Below, one piece after another: positions 9,536-20,393 of a stretch of 64,000 nt of DNA. Source of the stretch: an uncultured Gammaproteobacteria bacterium (lineage in GTDB: Bacteria; Pseudomonadota; Gammaproteobacteria; CAWCPV01); the NCBI GenBank assembly GCA_963797555.1, contig CAWCPV010000007.1, positions 512,001-576,000 on the forward strand, given 5' to 3'. The translations under genes were made by a program, and so were the position numbers. Under the pieces are notes generated by a model that was given only the letters and a program-made list of their open reading frames with translations, was not told the DNA's origin and did no database searches. Positions within the stretch are counted from its first letter, which is position 1; each line of letters starts with the position of its first letter.

Positions 9536-9683
9536 GAGAGGGTTGTGAAGAAATCGTCGCGAGCGGATCCGGGAATGCAAGGCGCCCGGCAGCGAGGGAC
9601 GAGACAATACAAGGGACTACGAGGATGCGAGCGGGGAGGGACGCTGCACACGGGCTCCGCAGCAGATTTGTTCACAACCTCTC
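9536..9683. mobile_element. ~148-bp MITE-like element
   Basis: Imperfect terminal IRs GAGAGGGTTGTGAAGAAATC and GATTTGTTCACAACCTCTC; no coding capacity; related partial copies at ~20057-20073 and 43104-43125. Confidence 0.6.
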
Positions 9684-10026
9684 AGCGGGCTTCGGGCCGG
9701 GTCGGAGGCTCGGCGCCTTGCACCAGCGGGATCACGCGCTCGCCGCCGGCGCCTCGCAGGACCACCCGTCCGAGATCGATGGCCTGCACTCTCAGCCCGC
9801 TGACCTGGTCTCCTACGCGGCAGGGGCGTCCGTCGATAATGGCGATGGCGTGATGATCATTCACCATGATGGCGCTTACGTGAAGCGATCCACCCAGAAA
9901 ACGCGTCGGAAGCCTATGAGGTGTCGGGGACGCACCGCGCCGCGTAACCAGTCCCGACCGCGGAAGGACCCACTGCCGCCCGCCGGTCCTTTCTCCCGAT
10001 CCCCGATAAATGATTACTGATGCCGT

Positions 10027-10887
10027 ATGGTACTGCCCGCCTTCCACCCGGCGGTAGCTGCCTGGTTCGGCAGGAACTTCCCGCAGCCCACCGCCCCGCA
10101 GACTGCCGCCTGGCCCGCGATCCAGGCGCGGCGGCACACGCTCATCGCCGCCCCCACCGGGTCCGGCAAGACCCTGGCGGCGTTTCTCGCCGCCATCGAC
10201 GACCTGGTGCGGCAGGGAGAGGTCGCAACGCTGCTCGACGCCACCCAGGTCGTCTACGTCTCTCCGCTCAAGGCGCTCAGCAACGACATCCAGCGCAACC
10301 TCGAGGCTCCGCTGGAAGGCATCCGGCAGGAGCTGGCCGCGGGCGGCTATCCCGATGTCGTCGTCCGCACCCTGGTGCGCACCGGGGACACCCCCCCGGC
10401 GGTGCGCCAGGCCATGCTGCGCCGCCCGCCGCACATCCTGGTGACCACGCCCGAATCGCTTTATATCCTGCTTACCAGCGACGGCGGTCGCAGGATGCTG
10501 GCGACGACGCGCACCGTCATCGTCGACGAGATCCATGCCGTCGCCGGAGCCAAGCGCGGCTCGCACTTGGCGCTCACGCTGGAGCGCCTGGAGGCTCTGA
10601 CCGGACCGGGGCTAGTGCGCATCGGGCTGTCGGCCACGCAGCATCCTATCGAGGAGGTGGCGCGGTTTCTGGTGGGGAGCGCAAGCTCCTCGTCGGAGTG
10701 CGCGATCATCGATTCCGGCCATATCCGCGATCGCGATCTGGCCATCGAGGTTCCCGGCTCTCCGCTGGGAGGCGGTGATGTCGGCCGAGGTGCGCGAGGA
10801 GGTGTACGACCGCGTGGCCGAGCTGATCCAATCTCATCGCACCACGCTGGTGTTCGTCAACACCCGGCGCATGGCGGAGCGGGTTGA
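10027..10887 (+). pseudogene. lhr: Lhr-like DEAD/DEAH helicase, N-terminal part only
   Basis: [42 protein letters not shown]; frameshift near 10770, then [13 protein letters not shown] and truncation. Confidence 0.85.
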
Positions 10888-11340
10888 ATCCAGGCCCGAC
10901 ACTCCTGGGTTATCCTGGACGCACAGCGCAGCGGGTGGCTGAGCCGCGGGCTGTGACATGGCACCGCGCATCGCCGTTGGACACGTCCTGCGGACGCGCG
11001 GCCGGGTCCAAGACAGGATGAACAGGATATGCGGGCGTGCTCCGGGCGCGGGGCTGGGTTCGGGCTCGGCAGGGCATTCCTGACGCCCGGCGGGCCGGGC
11101 CGTATCCTGCGCAGGCCCGGTGCTTTCCACCAACGTGCCGTACTCCCTGTCCGCACGCGCTGGGGGGATGCTTCGTCAGTCCAGCGTTCGGGGAGCAGGG
11201 TCCGCGCCGCCCGGCCCACGGCATGGGCATGGCAGCCGATCAGCGGGGCCGGCACGCCCGCGTATCGCCGGCGTCTGTCAGGCTTCAGGGCGTCAGGCCC
11301 GCTAATTTGCGGTGTCACGGCTGCGTGGCAGGAGGAAGAG

Positions 11341-12297
11341 ATGCGCGCGATGGTGCTTCCCAAGTTTGGTGGTCCGGAGCTCTTCGAGCTTCGCGAGATG
11401 GACCGGCCCCGGCCCGGACCCGGCGAGGTGGTGGTCCGCGTGATCGCGTCGGGGACCAACCCGGTGGACGCGAAGCTGCGGGCGAACGGGACATGGGCGA
11501 AGCTGACACCGCCCGTGGTACTGGGCTACGACGCGGCGGGCGTGGTCGCGGAAGTGGGCGCGGGTGTCAGCGCCTTCAAGCCGGGCGATGAGGTGTGGTA
11601 CACCCCCGAGGTCCTCGGCAACCCGCTCGGCACCTATGCGGAGTACAACGTCACCCGAGCCTCGATTGTCGCCAAGAAGCCCAAGGGGCTGTCGTTCGTG
11701 GAAGCCGCCGCCATCCCTCTGGCCGGCGGCACGGCTTGGGAGGCGGTGCTCCGGCGGCTTCAGGTGCGCCCGGGCGAGACCGTCCTGATCCACGGTGCCG
11801 CGGGCGGCGTGGGCTCGTTCGCCGTGCAGTTCGCCAAAGCGGCCGGAGCGCGGGTCCTGGCCACGGCGAGCCCCAATAATCTCGGTACGCTGCGCGAGCT
11901 GGGGGCCGACGTGGCGATCGACTATCGCGGGCAGGACGTTTCGGAGGTGGCGCTCGCCGAGACCGACGGCCAGGGGGTCGACGCCGCCTTCGATATCGAG
12001 GGAGACAACCGCGTGGCGCGCTGCTTGCCGGCGCTGCGGCCGTTCGGGCGCGTCGCTTGCATCCTGCCGCCTCAAGGAGATCTGACACTCCTCTATCAGA
12101 AGAACATCGCCGTCCACGGGGTGTTCTTGACCCGCGAACGTCGCCGCTTGGACGAGATGCGCCCGCTGTTCGAGCGCGGACAAGCGCGCCCGCTGATCGA
12201 TGCGGTGCTGCCGCTCGAAGAGGTGCGCAAGGCGCACGAGCGCCTGGACTCCCACCACGGTCGGGGCAAGCTGGTTCTGCAGGTCGCCGACGGCTGA
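11341..12297 (+). CDS. MDR-superfamily NADPH:quinone oxidoreductase/zinc-type alcohol dehydrogenase-like protein
   Basis: GTNPVDAK, LGYDAAGVV, IHGAAGGVGSFAVQ, HGRGKLVL. Confidence 0.9.
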   Translation: MRAMVLPKFGGPELFELREMDRPRPGPGEVVVRVIASGTNPVDAKLRANGTWAKLTPPVVLGYDAAGVVAEVGAGVSAFKPGDEVWYTPEVLGNPLGTYAEYNVTRASIVAKKPKGLSFVEAAAIPLAGGTAWEAVLRRLQVRPGETVLIHGAAGGVGSFAVQFAKAAGARVLATASPNNLGTLRELGADVAIDYRGQDVSEVALAETDGQGVDAAFDIEGDNRVARCLPALRPFGRVACILPPQGDLTLLYQKNIAVHGVFLTRERRRLDEMRPLFERGQARPLIDAVLPLEEVRKAHERLDSHHGRGKLVLQVADG

Positions 12298-12641
12298 CCG
12301 CCTCGGCCCATCCCGCCGGTTTTACCCAGCGCCAGACGCAGGAGGCGCTGGTCTGCCCGCAGAGGAAGCTCTCTCAACGGCAGCCGCAGCAGCGGCCACA
12401 GCAACGGGGTGTTCCTCTGGCCGCAGAGAAGGTGGCGTTGCGAGCAGCCGGCGCGTGCGGGTTACGGGTAGGGTAAGCTACTGGCGAGCCGGAGCCTCGG
12501 ACCCGCGGACACGCATCCGACGGGAGAATGTCCGTGGCAGGGGGTCGCGGGCTTCCCCATCGCTCCGGGGAAAGCGCACGGGCGCGCGGTCGGGTGCGGT
12601 CGTGACCGACCGCTTCCGACCCAGAGAAGCTGGGGATGAGG

Positions 12642-13691
12642 ATGAGCAAGACACGCTTGAGAGTGACGCTGCTGCTCCTGCTGGTGGTGGGCGGGCTGGG
12701 AGCGGGCGCATGGTTCTGGCGGTCGCGGTCGGGAGGCGCCGCCCCCGATGTCCTCGTGATCTATGGGAACGTGGACATCCGCCAGGTGCAGCTCGCCTTC
12801 AACGGCGCCGAGCGGATCGCCCGGATGCTGGTGCAGGAGGGCGACCCGGTGCGGGCGGGTCAGCTCGTGGCGGAGCTGGACACCCGGCGTCTGGATCTGG
12901 CGGTGGCCAATACGGCGTCCCAGGTGGAATCCCAGCGGCAGGTGCTGGCCCGCCTGGAGGCGGGCACGCGCCCGGAGGATATCAAGAAGGTTCGCGCCGA
13001 CTTCGAGGCCGCCCAGGTGGAAGCCGGCAACGCCCAACGCAACGACCAGCGGCTGCGGGACCTGGCAGCCAGGCACCTCGCCTCCCAGGAGCAGGCCGAC
13101 AACGCGCGCGCGGCAGCCGATGCAGCCGCGGCCCGGCAACGGGCGGCCGCGGAGACGCTGGCTCTGGCAGTGGCCGGGCCCCGCAAGGAGGACATCGCCG
13201 CTGCGCGGGCCACGCTGGAGGCCCTCCAGGCCCAGCTCGCCCTGGAGCGCCGCAAGCTGGCGGATGCGGAGCTGTATGCGCCGGCCAGCGCCGTCGTCCA
13301 GGACCGCCTTCTCGAGCCGGGAGACATGGCCTCCCCGGACCGGCCGGTGTACACGCTGGCCCTCGTCGACCCCCTCTGGGTGCGGGCCTACGTCAGCGAG
13401 CCCGACCTCGGGAAGATCCGACCTGGAATGGCCGCCCGGGTGACCACGGACAGCTTCCCAGGGAGGACCTACCGGGCCTGGATCGGCTTCATCTCGCCTA
13501 CTGCCGAGTTCACCCCCAAGTCCGTGGAGACGAGGGAGGTGCGCACGCAACTCGTCTATCAGGTCCGAGTGTACGTCTGCAACCCCCGGAACGAGCTGCG
13601 CCTCGGTATGCCGGCCACCGTCACCATTCCTCTGCAGCAGCCCCCAGTCAAGGCAGGGAGTGCGGCGACCGGCCATTGCCAGGGCTCCTGA
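12642..13691 (+). CDS. ybhG: HlyD-family membrane fusion protein
   Basis: N-terminal TM, YGNVDIRQV, coiled coil, ISPTAEFTPKSVET. Confidence 0.85.
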   Translation: MSKTRLRVTLLLLLVVGGLGAGAWFWRSRSGGAAPDVLVIYGNVDIRQVQLAFNGAERIARMLVQEGDPVRAGQLVAELDTRRLDLAVANTASQVESQRQVLARLEAGTRPEDIKKVRADFEAAQVEAGNAQRNDQRLRDLAARHLASQEQADNARAAADAAAARQRAAAETLALAVAGPRKEDIAAARATLEALQAQLALERRKLADAELYAPASAVVQDRLLEPGDMASPDRPVYTLALVDPLWVRAYVSEPDLGKIRPGMAARVTTDSFPGRTYRAWIGFISPTAEFTPKSVETREVRTQLVYQVRVYVCNPRNELRLGMPATVTIPLQQPPVKAGSAATGHCQGS

Positions 13692-13707
13692 GCACGAGGG
13701 GGCGGAG

Positions 13708-15480
13708 ATGGAGGTGAGGGACCGCCCCTCGGCGCCGCAGGGCGTCGCCCTGGAGCTGCACGAGGTGAGCAGGAGCTTCCAGGCGGGCGGGCGCCATGTG
13801 GAGGCGCTCCGCGGCGCCAGCCTGCGCGTCCGCCACGGGCGGGTGACCGGGCTGATCGGCCCGGACGGCGCCGGCAAGACCACGCTCATGCGCTTGGCGG
13901 CGGGCTTGCTTCTGCCAGATGCCGGCGACATCACCGTGCTCGGGCTGGACGTGCAGCGCGAGCCGCTGGCGGTCCAGGCCACGGTAGGCTACATGCCACA
14001 GCGCTTCGGTCTCTACGAAGACCTCACGGTGCAGGAGAATCTGGACCTGTACGCCGACCTGCAGGGCGTCCCGCTCACCGAGCGAGCGGAGCGTTACCGG
14101 AGTCTGACCCGCATGACCGGCCTCGATCCGTTCACCCGGCGGCTCGCCGGGCGCCTGTCGGGCGGCATGAAGCAGAAGCTGGGCCTGGCCTGCACGCTGG
14201 TGCGGGCGCCGCGTCTTCTGCTCCTGGACGAGCCCACGGTGGGGGTGGACCCGGTGTCGCGGCGCGAGCTGTGGACCATCGTTTACGGCCTGGTGGAGCA
14301 GCAGGGGATGACCGTGCTGCTGAGCACCGCTTACCTGGACGAGGCCGAGCGCTGCGCCGAGGTGGTCCTGCTGCACGAGGGTCAGGTGCTGGGCAGCGGG
14401 CCGCCCGAGAGTTTCAGCGCCGGCCTGCGAGGCCGCACCTATGCGGTGCGTGCCCCCGCCGACCGCAAGCGTGCCGTGCAAGAGGCCCTCGCCGGCAGCC
14501 CGGGCGTGGTGGATGCGGTGATTCAGGGTGGGCACGTCCGCGTGGTCATGGAGGGGGAATCGCCACCGGCCCTGGAGCGAATCTCGGACGTCGCCGGCGG
14601 TCTCTCATCGGAGCCCGTACCTCCGCGCTTCGAGGACGGGTTCGTCGCCACCCTGCGGGGCCGCGGCGGCTCGCCGCACCGCGGCCGTTCCGTGACCCCC
14701 GCGCCCGGCAGCCGAGACCGGCCGGGGGACGAGCCGATCATCCAGGTGGACCGCCTGCAAAGGCGCTTCGGGGACTTCTACGCGGTGAAGGACATCAGCT
14801 TCCACGTGGACCGCGGCGAAGTATTCGGTCTGCTGGGCGCCAACGGGGCGGGGAAGTCCACCACCTTCCGCATGCTCTGCGGACTGCTCCCGCCCAGCGG
14901 CGGCGCGCTGCGCGTTGCCGGGGTGGATCTGCGTCACGCCGCCGCGGCGGCGCGCGCCCGCATCGGCTACATGTCCCAGAAGTTCTCCCTGTACGGCAAC
15001 CTCAGCGTGTACGAGAACCTGCGTTTCTTCAGCAGCACGTACGGGCTGGGGGGGCGGCACCGCGTGGAGCGCACGGACTGGGCACTGGAGCAGTTCTCCC
15101 TGAGCCCGGTGCGCGACGCCCCCAGCGCGGACCTCTCGCTCGGCTACAAACAGCGCCTGGCGCTGGCCTGCTCGCTGATGCACGAGCCGGAGATCCTGTT
15201 TCTGGACGAGCCGACCTCGGGCGTGGACCCGCTGGCCCGACGGGAGTTCTGGGCGCGCATCAACACCCTCGCCGAGGACGGGGTGACTGTGCTGGTGACC
15301 ACGCACTTCATGGAAGAGGCCGAGTACTGCGACCGTCTCGCCATCATGGCGGCCGGCGAGATCCTGGCCCTGGGCACTCCGGAGGCGATCAAGGAACGCG
15401 CGCGGTCGGAGGAGCAGCCTGCGCCCACCATGGAAGACGCCTTCATCGGGCTCATCGAGGCCCACGGCACGGTGCAATGA
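13708..15480 (+). CDS. ybhF: ABC transporter with duplicated ATPase domains
   Basis: Two Walker A motifs (GPDGAGKT, GANGAGKS), LSGGMKQKL, DEPT twice. Confidence 0.88.
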   Translation: MEVRDRPSAPQGVALELHEVSRSFQAGGRHVEALRGASLRVRHGRVTGLIGPDGAGKTTLMRLAAGLLLPDAGDITVLGLDVQREPLAVQATVGYMPQRFGLYEDLTVQENLDLYADLQGVPLTERAERYRSLTRMTGLDPFTRRLAGRLSGGMKQKLGLACTLVRAPRLLLLDEPTVGVDPVSRRELWTIVYGLVEQQGMTVLLSTAYLDEAERCAEVVLLHEGQVLGSGPPESFSAGLRGRTYAVRAPADRKRAVQEALAGSPGVVDAVIQGGHVRVVMEGESPPALERISDVAGGLSSEPVPPRFEDGFVATLRGRGGSPHRGRSVTPAPGSRDRPGDEPIIQVDRLQRRFGDFYAVKDISFHVDRGEVFGLLGANGAGKSTTFRMLCGLLPPSGGALRVAGVDLRHAAAAARARIGYMSQKFSLYGNLSVYENLRFFSSTYGLGGRHRVERTDWALEQFSLSPVRDAPSADLSLGYKQRLALACSLMHEPEILFLDEPTSGVDPLARREFWARINTLAEDGVTVLVTTHFMEEAEYCDRLAIMAAGEILALGTPEAIKERARSEEQPAPTMEDAFIGLIEAHGTVQ

Positions 15481-16649
15481 GGCGGGGCGCGCCGCAGGCG
15501 AGCCCGGCAGCCGCCGCGGCGGCGCCACGCGGCGCTGCCCTCATGCGCCTGCGCGGCCTGGTGCGCAAGGAGTTCCTGCAGATCCTGCGCGACCCCAGCA
15601 GCATCGCCATCGCGTTCCTGATGCCCGTGGTCCTGCTGCTGATCTTCGGCTATGGCGTTTCCCTGGACGCGAAGCACGTCCCGATCGCCGTGGTAGTGGA
15701 TCAGCCCACGGCCGATACGGCGAGCTTCACCGGCGCACTGGGAGGCACCGACTACTTCGCCGCGCGGCCGATGGCGAACATGCGGGAGGCCCAAAGGGCG
15801 CTGCTGGCACGGCGCGTGGACGCCATCGTGCGCTTGCAGGAGGATTTCGGGAGCCGCCTCAGGCGGCCCGCCGGAGCCCCCATCCAGCTCATCGTGAACG
15901 GGGTGGACGCCAACAACGCGCGCCTCGTCCAGGGCTACGTCGAGGGGGCGTGGAGCGCCTGGCTCCAACATCAGGCCGTAGCGCGGGGCGAGACGCTGCA
16001 GACCCCGGTGCAGGTGCAGCAGCGCGTGTGGTTCAACAGCGAGGTGCGCAGCCGCAACTTTCTCGTGCCGGGACTCATCGCCGTGATCATGACGCTCATC
16101 GGCGCGCTGCTCACGGCGATGGTGATGGCCCGGGAGTGGGAGCGGGGGACCATGGAGGCTCTACTGGTGACGCCTGTGGCCATGCGCGAGGTCCTGGTGG
16201 GCAAGCTCATCCCGTATTTCATTCTGGGCATGGGGGGTATGGCGCTGTCCGTGGCCATGGCGGTGTGGCTGTTCGACGTGCCCCTGCGCGGCTCCCCACT
16301 GGTGCTGTTCGCCGCGGCCTCGCTGTTCCTGCTGGTGGCTCTGGGGATGGGACTTCTCATCTCCATCGTGGCCAGGAACCAGTTCGTCGCGGGGCAGGTG
16401 GCGATCATCGTCACCTTCCTGCCGGCCTTCCTGCTCTCCGGGTTCATCTTCGACGTCGACAGCATGCCCGCGGTGGTGCAGGCGATCACCCATGTCATCG
16501 CGGCGCGCTACTTCGTCGCCATCCTGCAGACGGTGTTCTTGGCCGGAGACGTGTGGTCGGTCATCGTGCCGAACGCCCTCGCCCTCATGGTGATGGCGGC
16601 CATCTTCCTGGGTCTCAGCCGGCGCAAGGCTCGCAAGCGTCTGGATTAG
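15477..16649 (+). CDS. ybhS: ABC-2 permease
   Basis: KEFLQILRDPSS, AREWERGTMEALL. Confidence 0.85.
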   Translation: MRRGAPQASPAAAAAAPRGAALMRLRGLVRKEFLQILRDPSSIAIAFLMPVVLLLIFGYGVSLDAKHVPIAVVVDQPTADTASFTGALGGTDYFAARPMANMREAQRALLARRVDAIVRLQEDFGSRLRRPAGAPIQLIVNGVDANNARLVQGYVEGAWSAWLQHQAVARGETLQTPVQVQQRVWFNSEVRSRNFLVPGLIAVIMTLIGALLTAMVMAREWERGTMEALLVTPVAMREVLVGKLIPYFILGMGGMALSVAMAVWLFDVPLRGSPLVLFAAASLFLLVALGMGLLISIVARNQFVAGQVAIIVTFLPAFLLSGFIFDVDSMPAVVQAITHVIAARYFVAILQTVFLAGDVWSVIVPNALALMVMAAIFLGLSRRKARKRLD

Positions 16650-16657
16650 GAGGGGCC

Positions 16658-17776
16658 GTGGGGAGCACTTGGCGGCGCATCGTGGCCTTGACGAAGAAGG
16701 AATTCCTGGCCGTCCTCAAGGACAAGAAGAGCCGCTTCGTGCTCGTCGGTCCGCCCATCATCCAGGTACTGGTGTTCGGCTACGCCGCCACGTTCGACCT
16801 CAGCCACGTCCCGTTCGCCGTGTACAACGAGGACCCCGGGGCGGCGTCGCGGGACCTCCTCGCCCGCTTTCGCGGCTCCCCCAGCTTCCGCGAGCTGGCT
16901 CCCGTCACCCGCGAGGGCGAGATCGCCCCGCTCGTCGACCGCAAGGAGGCATTGCTCGTGCTGCACTTCGGGCCGCATTTCAGCCGCGACCTGCTCCTGG
17001 GCCGGCCCGCCGACGTGCAAGCGATCGTCGACGGCCGCAACTCCAACACCGCTCTGCTGGTGCTGAATTACACCCGCGCTATCGTGCTCGCCTTCAACGA
17101 GCAGTGGGCCGCGCGCACTGGACAACGAGGCCCCCCGGCCCAACTGGAGACGCGGGCCTGGTTCAATCCCAACCTGGAGAGCCGCTGGTTCTTCGTTCCG
17201 GGCATCGTGGGGCTGCTCACGTTAGTCGTCACCTTGCTGGTGACGGCTCTGTCCGTGGCGCGGGAGCGCGAGCAGGGGACCTTCGATCAGCTCCTGGTGA
17301 CTCCGCTGCGTCCGGTCGAGATCCTCGTCGGCAAGGCTTTGCCCGGATTCCTCATCGGGCTCGGCGAAGCCACGGTCATCATCCTGATCGCGGTGTTCTG
17401 GTTCCGCATCCCGCTGCTCGGGGGTCTGCTCACCCTCTACACCGGCGTGCTCCTGTTCCTGCTGTCGGGTATCGGCGTCGGGCTCATGATCTCGTCGCTG
17501 GCGGTGACCCAGCAGCAGGGGCTCTTAGGGGCCTTTCTGTTCCTGGTGCCCAGCGTTATCCTGTCAGGCTTCGCCACCCCCATCGCCAACATGCCGCCGG
17601 CGGTGCAGGACATCACCCTGCTCAACCCGATGCGCTACTTCATGGTGGTGCTGCGAGGAGTGTTTCTGGAGGGGACGCCCTTCGATCTGCTGGTCAGCCA
17701 GTTCTGGCCGATGGCGCTCATCGGCGTGCTGACCCTGTCGGTGGCGGCCTGGCTGTTCCGCCACAGGATGTACTGA
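16658..17776 (+). CDS. ybhR: ABC-2 permease
   Basis: KEFLAVLKD, AREREQGTFDQLLVTP, LSGFATPIANMP. Confidence 0.85.
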   Translation: MGSTWRRIVALTKKEFLAVLKDKKSRFVLVGPPIIQVLVFGYAATFDLSHVPFAVYNEDPGAASRDLLARFRGSPSFRELAPVTREGEIAPLVDRKEALLVLHFGPHFSRDLLLGRPADVQAIVDGRNSNTALLVLNYTRAIVLAFNEQWAARTGQRGPPAQLETRAWFNPNLESRWFFVPGIVGLLTLVVTLLVTALSVAREREQGTFDQLLVTPLRPVEILVGKALPGFLIGLGEATVIILIAVFWFRIPLLGGLLTLYTGVLLFLLSGIGVGLMISSLAVTQQQGLLGAFLFLVPSVILSGFATPIANMPPAVQDITLLNPMRYFMVVLRGVFLEGTPFDLLVSQFWPMALIGVLTLSVAAWLFRHRMY

Positions 17777-17782
17777 GCCACC

Positions 17783-19900
17783 TTGCTGAGGCTCCGCGCA
17801 CAACGGTTTCAGACGACGCCCGGCTGCCCGCTGCCGCTGGGGGCATGGCCGCGGGGGGAGGGCTTCAACTTCGCCCTGTTCAGCCGCAGCGCCACACGGG
17901 TGGAGCTCCTCCTGTATCGTTCGCCCGCCGACGCGGAGCCGTACCAGACGGTCGATCTCCGCCCCGACCGTCACCGCACCGGGGATATCTGGCACGTATG
18001 GGTGTCCCACGTCGGTCTCGGACAATGCTACGCCTTCCGAGTGGACGGCCCTTACCGCCCCGAGCTCGGGCTGCGCTTCGACCCCCGCCGTCTCTTGCTG
18101 GACCCCTACGCCATCGGCGTCAGCGGCGCCTCCACCTGGGACTTCCATGCCGCCCGCGACGATCGTGCGGGTCCTTCGCCAGAGCGGTCTCCTTCCGTTG
18201 GCGATGCTGCAGCCTCTGCCGGGAAGGCGGTGCTGGTCGGCAACGATTTCGACTGGGGAGAGGACCGCTTCCCGAAACGCCCCTGGTCGCAGACCGTGAT
18301 TTACGAGACGCACGTGCGGGGTCTGACGGTCCATCCGTCTTCCCGCGTGGGGCACCCCGGCACCTACCGCGCAGTGGCGGAGAAGATCCCCTACCTCCGC
18401 GACCTCGGGATCACCGCCGTGGAGCTGATGCCGGTGCAGGAGTTCAATGAGAACGAGCTGGCGCTGTCCAATCCGGACACCGGTGAGCCCCTGCGCAACT
18501 ACTGGGGTTACAGCCCGATCGCGTTCTTTGCGCCCAAGCAAAGCTACGCCTACAGGCAGGGAGCGCACGATGTGCTGCGCGAGTTCAAGGAGATGGTGCG
18601 GGCGCTGCACCGGGCGGGCATCGAGGTCATCCTGGACGTGGTGTTCAACCACACGGCCGAGGGGAATGAGCGGGGTCCCACCTTGAGCTTCCGCGGGTTC
18701 GGCAACTCCATCTATTACCTGCTGGGCGCGGACCGAAGCACCTACCTGAACTACACCGGGACCGGCAACACTCTGAACTGCAACCATCCGGTGGTGCGGG
18801 ACCTGATCCTCGACTGTCTGCGTTACTGGGTGGTCCAGATGCACGTCGACGGCTTTCGCTTCGACCTGGCATCCGTGCTGGGCCGCGACGAATCGGGCAA
18901 CATCGCGCACAATCCCCCGCTGCTCGCGCACATCGCTGAGGACCCCATCCTGCGCGATACCAAGCTCATCGCCGAGGCATGGGATGCCGGCGGAGCGTAC
19001 CAGGTGGGCAGCTTCCCGGGGGGCCGCTGGTCGGAGTGGAATGGCCGTTTCCGCGATGACGTGCGCCGCTTCTGGCACGGCGATCCGGGGATGATCGGCG
19101 AGCTTGCCAGCCGCATTGGCGGCAGTGCGGACCTTTACCAGCGCAGCGAGAAGGTGCCCATCAACAGCATCAATTTCGTGACCTGCCACGACGGGTTCAC
19201 GCTCAACGACCTGGTCAGCTACGAGCACAAGCACAACCGGGCGAACGGCGAAGGCAACCGGGACGGCAGCGACGAGAATTTCAGTTGGAACTGCGGGGTG
19301 GAGGGACCGACGGACGATCCGACGGTCGAACGGCTGCGCCTGCGCCACATCAAGAACCTGCTGGCGACGCTGCTGCTCTCGCGCGGCGTGCCGATGCTCC
19401 TCGGCGGCGACGAGTTCCGCCGCACCCAGCACGGCAACAACAACGCCTACTGCCAGGACAATGAGACCTCCTGGTACGACTGGCGTCTGGTCGACCGTCA
19501 CCGCGAGCTGCTGAGCTTCACGCGCAGCATGATCGCTTTCCGGGCGCGACACCCCACCCTGTCGAGGGAGGCCTTCTATACCGAGCAGGACGTGCGCTGG
19601 TTCGACGCGGCCGGCGGCGTCCCGGGCTGGGGCGGCACCGACCGCACGCTGGGATGCGTTCTCCATGCGGCCAATGGCCAGGACATGGATCTCTGCCTCT
19701 TGTTCAACGCTCGAGAAGTCGCCGTGGAGTTCCGGCTTCCCCCCACGCACGCCCGGACGCACTGGCGGGTCGCCGTGGATACCGCCGCCCCGTCACCCGA
19801 CGACATCTGCACGTCGGGCCGCGGCAAGCCCGTACCGGACCCCGAACGCCACTGCGTCGCCGCCCACTCTCTGGTCGTCCTGCTCGCAGACAGGCGCTGA
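17783..19900 (+). CDS. glgX: Glycogen debranching enzyme (isoamylase, GH13)
   Basis: NYWGY, DVVFNHTAEG, VDGFRFDLAS, IAEAWD, TCHDGFTL, GNNNAYCQDNE. Confidence 0.95.
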   Translation: MLRLRAQRFQTTPGCPLPLGAWPRGEGFNFALFSRSATRVELLLYRSPADAEPYQTVDLRPDRHRTGDIWHVWVSHVGLGQCYAFRVDGPYRPELGLRFDPRRLLLDPYAIGVSGASTWDFHAARDDRAGPSPERSPSVGDAAASAGKAVLVGNDFDWGEDRFPKRPWSQTVIYETHVRGLTVHPSSRVGHPGTYRAVAEKIPYLRDLGITAVELMPVQEFNENELALSNPDTGEPLRNYWGYSPIAFFAPKQSYAYRQGAHDVLREFKEMVRALHRAGIEVILDVVFNHTAEGNERGPTLSFRGFGNSIYYLLGADRSTYLNYTGTGNTLNCNHPVVRDLILDCLRYWVVQMHVDGFRFDLASVLGRDESGNIAHNPPLLAHIAEDPILRDTKLIAEAWDAGGAYQVGSFPGGRWSEWNGRFRDDVRRFWHGDPGMIGELASRIGGSADLYQRSEKVPINSINFVTCHDGFTLNDLVSYEHKHNRANGEGNRDGSDENFSWNCGVEGPTDDPTVERLRLRHIKNLLATLLLSRGVPMLLGGDEFRRTQHGNNNAYCQDNETSWYDWRLVDRHRELLSFTRSMIAFRARHPTLSREAFYTEQDVRWFDAAGGVPGWGGTDRTLGCVLHAANGQDMDLCLLFNAREVAVEFRLPPTHARTHWRVAVDTAAPSPDDICTSGRGKPVPDPERHCVAAHSLVVLLADRR

Positions 19901-20123
19901 CGGGCGGCGTCCGCCGCGCGGACGTGCGGACCCCACCGATTGCCGAAAGCCTCGACCTTGCAGAGGGCGCCGCTCGGTCCCCCGGCCAGATCGAGCGGCT
20001 GCCGCCGTCAACAGGGAGCGGCGCAGAGAGAGTGCGCAGCCGAGACGCACCCCACGGATTTTTTCACACGCTCCCGGCGCCGCCTGCGGCTCGCCGGATG
20101 ACTTCCGACGCGCCACGCGAGCC

Positions 20124-20393
20124 TCAGCGGACGTCGTTTTCGCCCGTGCGCTGCGCGAAGAGATTGTAAAGCCACGCAAAGACGAATCCGCCGACCGTTC
20201 CGTCAACGAAGGCCCAGGCCAGACCGATGACGCTGCCCAAGGGGCTTATGCTGTAGCCGCGGTAGATGCGCCCGATGAAGGTGATCTCTCCTGTGACGCC
20301 GTCGAAGGCGATGATCCACCAGGTCAGGAAGAACAGGCCCAAACCCCAGATAATCCCGCAGGCGAGCGCGAACGCTTTTGCATTGAGTTTCAT
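20124..20393 (-). CDS. Small two-TM membrane protein of a family often annotated 'bacteriophage holin'
   Basis: MKLNAKAFALACGIIWGLGLFFLTWW...YRGYSISPLGSVIGLAWAFVDG...FAWLYN; GGAGG RBS. Confidence 0.65.
   Translation of the reverse strand: MKLNAKAFALACGIIWGLGLFFLTWWIIAFDGVTGEITFIGRIYRGYSISPLGSVIGLAWAFVDGTVGGFVFAWLYNLFAQRTGENDVR

Noticed and set aside
9682-9868. Short minus-strand ORF resembling an MshK/GspC-like fragment (AIIDGRPCRVGDQVSGLRVQAI)
   Set aside because: Too short and isolated to support a call
11011-11030. ACAGGATGAACAGGAT REP-like motif
   Set aside because: Single copy without an inverted partner in the window
17564-19762. 732-aa minus-strand ORF, and similar long antisense ORFs over the patatin, ybh and IS1380 genes
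   Set aside because: High-GC shadow frames opposite well-supported genes, with no recognisable motifs
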